From the NCBI GenBank assembly GCA_050485385.1, contig JBJHBG010000005.1, forward strand, positions 5,920 to 29,919: 24,000 bases of DNA, written 5' to 3'. Below are positions 8,519 to 15,164 of the stretch, in pieces. Below the pieces are notes generated by a model that did not search any database, was not told the origin of the DNA, and saw only the letters and a list, made by a program, of their open reading frames with translations. The position numbers were made by a program, and so were the translations under genes. Numbering within the stretch: the stretch's first letter is position 1; each line of letters begins with the position of its first letter. Source of the stretch: Geminicoccaceae bacterium. GTDB lineage: Bacteria > Pseudomonadota > Alphaproteobacteria > Geminicoccales > Geminicoccaceae.

Positions 8519-9478
8519 ATGTCGACGTTTCAGGCCAAGCGCGATGCTATCGCCCTACCGTTGAACGACAACCTCGCAGCTAGCCGTATCGGTGAGATCA
8601 CGGGGCGCGGCGTCCTGTTTCCGCAAGAGCCGGCCGAGTTCGATTTCCGCAGCTACGACTTCCACCATTTGGCGCTCGACTACGAGGCGGAGATCGGGGC
8701 GCTGTGGATGCGGTTCACGCACCCGGGCCGACCCTGTTTCACGCCGGGGCTGCTCGGCGAGATGCACGAGTTGGAGCGGCGGCTCAGCGGTGCCTCCGCC
8801 ATGGGCGCGCTGCCGGCCAACCTGCACTACCTCGTCCGCGCCTCGTCGCGGCCGGGCGTGTGGTGCTACGGCGGCGACCTCGCGCGGTTCGTCGAACTCA
8901 TCCGCACGGGCGACGAGATCGGGCTGCGGGCCTATGCCCATCGCTGCGTCGACCTGCTGTACCGCAACTACCGCAGCTTCGATCTGCCGATCACGACCAT
9001 CGGTCTGGTGCAGGGCGACGCCCTCGGCGGCGGGTTCGAGTCGCTCCTGTCGGACGACCTCATCATCGCCGAGCGCGGCGTGCGTATGGGCCTGCCCGAG
9101 ATCCTGTTCAATCTCTTCCCGGGTATGGGCGCCTACAGCTTCCTCGCCAGGAAGCTCGGCTCGGCCGCGGCCAAGCGGATGATCACCTCGGGCGAACTCT
9201 ACACCGCCGAGGCGCTGCACGAGATGGGCGTGGTCGACGTGCTGGCCGAACCCGGCTGCGGCGAGGAGGCGTTGCGCACCTATGCGCGCAAGCACGCCCG
9301 GCGGCGGCGGACCAACGAGGTGCTGCGCGACGTCGACCGGCGCTGCCTGCCCGTGACCCACGAGGAGCTGATCGACGTCACCGAGCTGTGGATCGAGCGG
9401 GCGCTCGAGCTGGATCCGCAGGACTTGCGGAAGATGGAACGGCTGGCGCAGAGCCAGGCCCGTCAGGGGCTCCACTGA
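8519..9478 (+). CDS. rpfF: Crotonase-fold DSF-synthase-like protein (RpfF family enoyl-CoA hydratase/thioesterase homolog)
   Basis: 319 aa. Sequence blocks match my recollection of X. campestris RpfF:
- WCYGGDLARFVELIRTGD (cf. FNLGGDLALFCQLIREGD)
- GLVQGDALGGGFESLLSDDLIIAERGVRMGLPEILFNLFPGMGAYSF (cf. ALVQGNALGGGFEAALSCHTIIAEEGVMMGLPEVLFDLFPGMGAYSF)
- C-terminal LRKMERLAQSQAR (cf. LRTMDRLVRAQSR)
Two Glu residues lie 20 positions apart (E174 at nt 9038-9040, E194 at nt 9098-9100), like the RpfF catalytic pair. A strong RBS is present. Confidence 0.85.
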   Translation: MSTFQAKRDAIALPLNDNLAASRIGEITGRGVLFPQEPAEFDFRSYDFHHLALDYEAEIGALWMRFTHPGRPCFTPGLLGEMHELERRLSGASAMGALPANLHYLVRASSRPGVWCYGGDLARFVELIRTGDEIGLRAYAHRCVDLLYRNYRSFDLPITTIGLVQGDALGGGFESLLSDDLIIAERGVRMGLPEILFNLFPGMGAYSFLARKLGSAAAKRMITSGELYTAEALHEMGVVDVLAEPGCGEEALRTYARKHARRRRTNEVLRDVDRRCLPVTHEELIDVTELWIERALELDPQDLRKMERLAQSQARQGLH

Positions 9479-11852
9479 CGGCATGCCGCGACTGGAAGAC
9501 GCGCAGCGCCTTGGCCGTGGCGGCGAAGCTCTGGCGAACCTCGCGGGCGATGGCGGCGGCCTCGCGGGCCAATGCCGCATCGCCCAGCGCCTTGGCGTCG
9601 AGGCAGCGGGCGAAGACGGCGGTGGCACCCAGATGGGTGGCGGCGCTGCGCAGCGCATGGGCGGCGTCGCGGAAGGCGCCGACGTCGCCCGTGACGGCCG
9701 CTGCGTCGAGCTGGTCCAGGAGCGCTTCGCCGTCGACGATGAAGTTCTCGATCACCGAGGCGACGAAGCCGTCGTCGTCGTCGAGGCCGACCAGCATCTC
9801 CAGCCGGCGCCGGTCGAGGGCCACCTCGACGGCCGCCGGCTCGCCCGCCGCTTCGGGCAGCGTCGTCAGCCGGTCCAACTCGGCCAGGAGGCGCCAGCCC
9901 TCGACCGGCTTGGTCAGATAGGCATCGAAGCCGGCGTCGGCCGCCGTGCCGCGGACCGCGGGTGTGGCGTCGGCGCTGAGCGCCAGGAGGCGTGGCCGGT
10001 CCGGCCGTTCGCGCAAGGCCCGCGCCACGTCCAGCCCGCCGCGCACCGGCATGTTGAGATCGAGCACGGCGACGTCGAAGCGCTGTGCCGCGATCCGCTC
10101 CAACGCCTCGGACCCGTCCTCCACCAGCACCACCCGATGGCCGACGCGGCGCAGCAGCCGCTCCACCACCTGCTGGTTCACCCGGTTGTCGTCGGCGACC
10201 AGCACGTCGAGTGACCGATCGGTGCCGCGCACCCGCTGCCCGCTCTCGTCGACGGGCAGCGGGTCGGCGGTGAGCAGGGCGGCACGGATCACTCGGCGAA
10301 GCGACGCCGGCTCGGGCGTGGGCTCCAGGACGGCGAGCGCATCCGCCACGTCGGTGCAGCCGAGCACGACGAGGTCGCGGCCCACGCGCCGCTGCGGCGG
10401 CGCCGCTCCAGCGCCCTCCAGCCAGAGGTCGACGACATGGGCCGCGGGGGTCGACTGCCCCTCGCCCGCCGCAGGCAGCCAGGGTACGCCCAGCCGGTTC
10501 AACAGCGCGCGCTGCTCGGCACTCGGCGTGCCATGCACGACGACGGCACCGGCGGCCGGCGTCTCGTCGCCCTCGGCCGGTGCCACCGGCAGGGTCACCA
10601 CGAAGCGGCTGCCGCCCGACGGCGCTTCCTCGAGCACCACCGAGCCGCCGGCGTTCTCGGCGAGCCGCTTGACGATGGCGAGCCCCAGGCCGGAGCCGCC
10701 ATAGCGCCGCGTGATGCCGTCGTCGGCCTGGGTGAAGCTCTCGAACACCCGCTTGCGGGCTTCTTCGGGAATGCCGACGCCGGTGTCCTCGACGACGAGT
10801 TGGAGCCGGTCGCTGCCGCCGGCTCCGTCGGCGCGGCGGATCGTCAACGTGACGCTGCCGCGCTCGGTGAACTTCAGCGCATTGGCGACGAGGTTGACGA
10901 GGATTTGGTACACGGCGCGGCGCGGGCCTTCGACGTGCGGCGGCAGCGTCGGATCGATCCGCAAGCGCAGGGCGAGGCCCTTGCGCCGGGCCTCGTGGTC
11001 GAGCAGGTCGCGCACGTCCTGGGCTAGGCCATGCACGTCGAAGGGCGTCGGAGGCAGGCGATCCGCGCCGGCTTCGATCCGGGCAATGTCGAGCACGTCC
11101 TCGATCAGGTTCAACAGCCCGTGCCCGGCGCCGTGGATGGTGCGCGCCATCTCCCGCTGGTCGGCGCGCAGCGGCGTGCCGCGCAACAGCTCGGTCATGC
11201 CGAGGATCGCGTGCAGCGGCGTGCGCAACTCGTGGCTCATGGTGGCAAGAAAGCGGCTCTTCGCTTGGCTGGAGGCTTCCGCCCGCCGGCGCGCGTCGTG
11301 CAATTGGGTCAGCAGCCTGAGGCAGTAGGCCGGGATCAGAATCAGCGCCAGGACGAGGCCGACGTTGAAGGCGCCGAGGCTCCGCCAGAAGGGACTGAAG
11401 GCGATCAGGAGCGTGAACAGGGTGGTCGAGATCAGGGCGGAGCCGATGAGGTAGCCGCGGCCGTAGCGAAAACCGTGGCCGAGCGTCACCCACAGGAGCA
11501 GCGGGTAGAGGAGGGCCGTGGACGGTCCGCCGACCGCCATGCCGATGACGATGCCGGCGTGGTCCACCAGCATGGAGGCGCTGCGCCTGGATTTGTGGAC
11601 GCGTGGGTCGGCCACGATCCAGGCGAAATGGGCGAGCGACACGGCGAAGACGACGAGTGCCAGCTGCAAGGGGCTCGGCACCCACCAGGTCGGATGGGCG
11701 GCGGGCATCGGACCCAAAAGCGCGTAGACCACCAGTGCGCCGACGATGACGATGCGGACCAGGGCCTGCTCGTGCTCGGTGTCGCCGCGCGCGGAAAGCC
11801 GGTCCACCAGGGCGGCGAAGAGCCGCCGCAGCCGGTGGAGCGGCGCCGTCAT
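9378..11852 (-). CDS. Hybrid sensor histidine kinase with RpfC-like architecture (polytopic membrane sensor - HisKA - HATPase_c - REC - HPt)
   Basis: The track ORF 9378-12479 is trimmed to the ATG at 11852-11850. That ATG overlaps the upstream gene's TGA (11851-11849) as ATGA. The product is 824 aa.
- aa 25-185: 5-6 hydrophobic helices with no periplasmic domain
- H-box: SRFLATMSHELRTPLHAILG (His207)
- G-boxes: VEDTGVGIPEE and YGGSGLGLAIVKRL
- REC: LVADDNRVNQ..VAVLDLNMP..YLTKPV (Asp598)
- HPt: FRDAAHALRSAATHLGA (His732). Confidence 0.9.
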   Translation of the reverse strand: MTAPLHRLRRLFAALVDRLSARGDTEHEQALVRIVIVGALVVYALLGPMPAAHPTWWVPSPLQLALVVFAVSLAHFAWIVADPRVHKSRRSASMLVDHAGIVIGMAVGGPSTALLYPLLLWVTLGHGFRYGRGYLIGSALISTTLFTLLIAFSPFWRSLGAFNVGLVLALILIPAYCLRLLTQLHDARRRAEASSQAKSRFLATMSHELRTPLHAILGMTELLRGTPLRADQREMARTIHGAGHGLLNLIEDVLDIARIEAGADRLPPTPFDVHGLAQDVRDLLDHEARRKGLALRLRIDPTLPPHVEGPRRAVYQILVNLVANALKFTERGSVTLTIRRADGAGGSDRLQLVVEDTGVGIPEEARKRVFESFTQADDGITRRYGGSGLGLAIVKRLAENAGGSVVLEEAPSGGSRFVVTLPVAPAEGDETPAAGAVVVHGTPSAEQRALLNRLGVPWLPAAGEGQSTPAAHVVDLWLEGAGAAPPQRRVGRDLVVLGCTDVADALAVLEPTPEPASLRRVIRAALLTADPLPVDESGQRVRGTDRSLDVLVADDNRVNQQVVERLLRRVGHRVVLVEDGSEALERIAAQRFDVAVLDLNMPVRGGLDVARALRERPDRPRLLALSADATPAVRGTAADAGFDAYLTKPVEGWRLLAELDRLTTLPEAAGEPAAVEVALDRRRLEMLVGLDDDDGFVASVIENFIVDGEALLDQLDAAAVTGDVGAFRDAAHALRSAATHLGATAVFARCLDAKALGDAALAREAAAIAREVRQSFAATAKALRVFQSRHAVSGAPDGPGSAPAVPSSASPADPARAPARSTAR

Positions 11853-14032
11853 CGCCGGGTCGGCAGCGCGATGACAGGGGCCGAGGGCCGGCCGTCGAGG
11901 AAGCGGGCCTCGAACGCGTCCGCCGGTACCGGCGGGCTGAAGATGAGACCTTGCACGGCGTCGCAGCCCATGTCCTCGAGCAGGGCCAGCTGATCGGCGG
12001 TCTCGACCCCCTCGGCGACGACGCTCAAGTCCAGCTTGTGGCAGAGCTGCACGATGCCTTCGACGATCGAGCGGTCGCTCTTGCTGGTCGGTAGGTTGTG
12101 GATGAAGCTCTGGTCGATCTTCAGCTTGCTGACCGGCAGCCGGCGTACGTAGGAGAGCGAGGAGTACCCAGTGCCGAAGTCGTCGAGCGAGAGCCCGACG
12201 CCGAGTTCGTGGAGGCGCTTCAGGCTGTCGAGTGCCGTGTCGGCCTGGTCGATGACCGAGCTCTCGGTCAGCTCGATTTCCACCTTGGTCGGATCGACGC
12301 CGGTGGCCAGGAGGAGGCGTTCCACGGCGTCGTCGAGACCGGGCGCTCGGAACTGGGTCGGCGAAATGTTGATCGCGAGGCGGGTGTCGTAGCCGTTGTC
12401 GTGCCATCCCTTCAACGTAACCAGGGCCTTGCGCATGACGAGGTTGGAGAGCGAGGCGATGAGCCCCAACTCCTCGCACAGCGCGATGAACTCGCCGGGC
12501 ATGACCAGGCCGCGCTTCGGGTGCTGCCAGCGGACGAGCACCTCGGCGCCGAGCAGGTGACGGTGGCCGAGGCCGATCTGCGGCTGGTAGTGCAGGACGA
12601 ACTGCTCGCGGGCGAGCGCGTCCCGCAGATCGCTCTCCATGGTGACCAGCCGCGAGGCCGAGACGTTCATGTCCTGGGCGTAGAACCGATAGTCGTCACG
12701 GCCCGCGGTCTTCGCCCGGTACATGGCAAGCTCGGCCTTGCGGGTGATCTGGTCGGCATTGCGGCCGTCGCGCGGGATCATGGCGATGCCGAAGCTGGCG
12801 CCGGAATGGGTCTCGCGGCCGCGGATCATGAACGGCTCGGCAAAGGTCTCGCGCAGCCGGCCGACCAGTTCGACCACGTCGTCGACGCGGCGCAGATCGG
12901 TGGCGAGGATGGCGAACTCGTCGCCGCCGAGCCGGGCGAGGGTATCGCCCTGGCGAAGGCAACGGGCAAGGCGTTGGGCCACGGCGAGCAGTAACTCGTC
13001 GCCGAAGCTGTGGCCGAAGACGTCGTTGACGCTCTTGAAGCGATCGAGGTCGAGCAGGACGAAGGCCGAGATGTCGCCCGTGCGGCGGCTGCGCGCACCC
13101 TCCTGCTGCAACCGGTCCATCAGCCGGTCGCGGTTGACCAGCCCGGTCAGACGATCGCGATGGCGGGCCTCTTGAAGCTGCCGTTCGGCGCGGCGGATGT
13201 CGGTGACGTCGAGACCGACGCTGATCACTTCCGTCACCTGCCCGGCCGCGTCGAAGATCGGCGAGCGCGTGCTCAAGAGCAGCCGCTCGCCCGCCATCGG
13301 CGTGCGCACGTCCTGCTCGCTCGCCGGCAGGGGCTGGGCGGTGTCGAATACCTTGGCGTTGAGCAGGCTCTCCTGATCGCCGCTGCCGCCGGCCATCACC
13401 TCCGCCGCGTGCTGGCCCACGGCGGCATCGCCGAACAGCCGACGCCAGTTCTGGTTGGCGAGCGTGATGCGCCCGTCGCGGTCGGTCGCATGCACCGTTG
13501 CCGGAAGCTGGTCGAGCAGGTGGAACCACTGCGCCTGCAACGCCGCCGTGCGCGAGCGGTCGAGCTGGAGGGTGGCCTCGAGGCTGCGCGCGCGCTCCTC
13601 CAAGAGCTTCTGCTGGCGTCGCAGCGTCAACAGGTTGCGGGCGCGGGCGCGGAACTCCAGGTGGTCGACGGGGCTGAGCAGGAAGTCGGTGGCGCCGGCT
13701 TCCAGCGCACGGTAGCAGTAGTCTCGGTCCTCGTAGACCGTTATGACCACGATCGGCGTCTCGTCGCCCCCCGGCAGGGCACGGAACGCGGCGATGAAGG
13801 CAGCCCCGTCCATATGCGGCATCTTGTAGTCGGTGATGACGAGGTCCGGGATCGTAGTCTGCGCCGCCCGCAGGGCCTCGAGCGGATCGCCGAAGGCTTC
13901 CACGTGCAGGCCCTCCTCCACCGACGCCGCGAGGCGGGTGAGGATGTTGCGGTTCGTGATCCGGTCGTCGAGGACGAAGACGCGGGACACGTTCGCTGCG
14001 GAGGTCGGGGCGTCGGCGCCGTCGGTAGCCAC
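11849..14032 (-). CDS. Response-regulator c-di-GMP enzyme: REC-PAS-GGDEF-EAL
   Basis: 727 aa with a GTG start at 14032-14030.
- REC: VFVLDDR..LVITDYKMP (Asp68)
- PAS-like segment at about aa 165-285
- GGDEF domain with an intact RLGGDEF (aa 367-373) and an RxxD I-site (RQGD, aa 360-363) exactly 5 residues upstream
- EAL domain with EVL (aa 497-499), EIELTE, DDFGTGYSSL, KIDQSF, EGVE and QG
Both catalytic domains therefore look competent. Confidence 0.9.
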   Translation of the reverse strand: MATDGADAPTSAANVSRVFVLDDRITNRNILTRLAASVEEGLHVEAFGDPLEALRAAQTTIPDLVITDYKMPHMDGAAFIAAFRALPGGDETPIVVITVYEDRDYCYRALEAGATDFLLSPVDHLEFRARARNLLTLRRQQKLLEERARSLEATLQLDRSRTAALQAQWFHLLDQLPATVHATDRDGRITLANQNWRRLFGDAAVGQHAAEVMAGGSGDQESLLNAKVFDTAQPLPASEQDVRTPMAGERLLLSTRSPIFDAAGQVTEVISVGLDVTDIRRAERQLQEARHRDRLTGLVNRDRLMDRLQQEGARSRRTGDISAFVLLDLDRFKSVNDVFGHSFGDELLLAVAQRLARCLRQGDTLARLGGDEFAILATDLRRVDDVVELVGRLRETFAEPFMIRGRETHSGASFGIAMIPRDGRNADQITRKAELAMYRAKTAGRDDYRFYAQDMNVSASRLVTMESDLRDALAREQFVLHYQPQIGLGHRHLLGAEVLVRWQHPKRGLVMPGEFIALCEELGLIASLSNLVMRKALVTLKGWHDNGYDTRLAINISPTQFRAPGLDDAVERLLLATGVDPTKVEIELTESSVIDQADTALDSLKRLHELGVGLSLDDFGTGYSSLSYVRRLPVSKLKIDQSFIHNLPTSKSDRSIVEGIVQLCHKLDLSVVAEGVETADQLALLEDMGCDAVQGLIFSPPVPADAFEARFLDGRPSAPVIALPTRR

Positions 14033-14166
14033 TACCGCTCTCGTTGCAAAATTTCGGAAAATTGTCGGTCAATACAACATAAACGCGAACGCCCTGGGAA
14101 AAAAGCGCGAATTCCGCGAGTTGGCCTCCGGCTGGCGCACGCCGAGGTACTGCTTGGCGGGGGCGG
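14033..14166. promoter_or_regulatory. Divergent intergenic region between the GGDEF-EAL/kinase operon and the Nudix gene
   Basis: A 134-bp gap, relatively AT-rich at 14041-14110 (TTGCAAAATTTCGGAAAATTGTCGGTCAATACAACATAAAC). It contains a near-palindrome CGCGAATTCCGCG (14107-14119). I cannot assign exact promoters. Confidence 0.4.
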
Positions 14167-14598
14167 ATGAGCGCGCCGCCGCCAAGGCGGCCGAGTATCG
14201 GTGTGGGCGCTGTCGTCTGGCATGGACCCTGCGTCCTCTTGATCCGTCGTGGCAAACCGCCCCGGCTGGGCGAATGGAGCCTGCCGGGTGGGCATCAGGA
14301 ATGGGGCGAAACCGTTGAGGAAGCGTTACGCCGCGAGGTGATCGAGGAGACCGGGCTCGTGCTGGGCCCGTTGCGGCTCGTCGAGGTGGTCGATCTGATC
14401 GAGCGCGACGCCGACGGGGCGACGCAGCGCCACTTCACGCTGCTCGACTACACCGCCGCCGCAATCGGCGGCACCCTTGCCGCCGGTAGCGACGCCGCGG
14501 CCGCGGCCTGGTTCGAGCCGGACGAACTCGAGCGGTTGCCGTTGTGGTCGCGCACGCGCGACGTGATCGGCCGAGCCCGCCTGCTCGTCCCGGTCTGA
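14167..14598 (+). CDS. Nudix hydrolase
   Basis: 143 aa. The Nudix box GX5EX7REUXEEXGU is recognisable in GGHQEWGETVEEALRREVIEETGL. Confidence 0.8.
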   Translation: MSAPPPRRPSIGVGAVVWHGPCVLLIRRGKPPRLGEWSLPGGHQEWGETVEEALRREVIEETGLVLGPLRLVEVVDLIERDADGATQRHFTLLDYTAAAIGGTLAAGSDAAAAAWFEPDELERLPLWSRTRDVIGRARLLVPV

Positions 14599-14609
14599 TC
14601 GGGCGGGGC

Positions 14610-15047
14610 TCAGCGTTCGCCGGTGCCGTTGTCGGGGTTGACCAGGGCGCGCGCCAAGCTGCACAACGCCTCCTGGTGCTTGCGGTTGGGGATCGCTGCG
14701 AAGTTGCGCGCGAGTTCCAGCAACATGCGCTGTTGCGGCAGCAACTCCGGCTTACGTCCCTCGCCGTCCTGCTGCACCACGTCGTCGTAGAAGTAGGCGA
14801 TGTCGACGCCGAGTGCCTGGGCGATCTGGTAGAGCCGTCCGGCCGAGATGCGATTGATGCCGGTCTCGTACTTGTGCGCCTGCTGATAGGTCACGCCGAT
14901 CAGCTCGGCCAGTTGCTGTTGGGTCAGGCCGAGCATGATGCGACGCTGCCGGATGCGCAGGCTGACGTAGCGGTCGACGTCGACGGCCCGCCCGCGACCG
15001 CCGCCGGACGGCGGAATTTCAACCTCGGCACGAACACTGCCCGTCAT
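14610..15047 (-). CDS. XRE-family HTH transcriptional regulator (PraR/PhrR-like small alphaproteobacterial type)
   Basis: 145 aa with a GGAGAG RBS upstream of the ATG at 15047-15045. The HTH_3 core is IRQRRIMLGLTQQQLAELIGVTYQQAHKYETGINRISAGRLYQIAQALGV. A helical C-terminal tail (LLELARNFAAIPNRKHQEALCSLARAL) resembles the tail I remember in PraR/PhrR-type regulators. Confidence 0.8.
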   Translation of the reverse strand: MTGSVRAEVEIPPSGGGRGRAVDVDRYVSLRIRQRRIMLGLTQQQLAELIGVTYQQAHKYETGINRISAGRLYQIAQALGVDIAYFYDDVVQQDGEGRKPELLPQQRMLLELARNFAAIPNRKHQEALCSLARALVNPDNGTGER

Positions 15048-15164
15048 AAGGCTCTCCGCAAAGCGCAGGTCGAATGGGTTTTCACTAACTTTCGCTAAAA
15101 TACCATCTTCTCCCGGTCCGCCTAGCGGTTTTTTCGCGGCGCAGGACAGGGCGCGGCGGATGGA

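Noticed and set aside
11853-12479. A 209-codon N-terminal extension of the kinase ORF (track ORF 9378-12479, 1,033 aa)
   Set aside because: The extension lies entirely inside the EAL-domain coding region of the upstream gene, in another frame, and is Arg-rich nonsense. The ATG at 11852 forms an ATGA junction with the upstream stop and starts the hydrophobic sensor domain.
9463-14255. Other long alternative-frame ORFs over the kinase and GGDEF-EAL genes (9463-11685 -, 12696-14255 -, 13010-14170 +, 11031-11993 +)
   Set aside because: All are Arg/Pro/Gly-rich and free of recognisable domains, and each overlaps a frame with strong domain motifs. This is standard high-GC noise.
15118-15134. A small hairpin CCGC-CTA-GCGG followed by T6 on the + strand, between the acylase stop and the XRE start; possible terminator or sRNA 3' end
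   Set aside because: The stem is only 4 bp. No + strand gene ends there. Both neighbouring genes are on the - strand, where the T-run would precede rather than follow the hairpin. There is not enough support to call a terminator or an sRNA.
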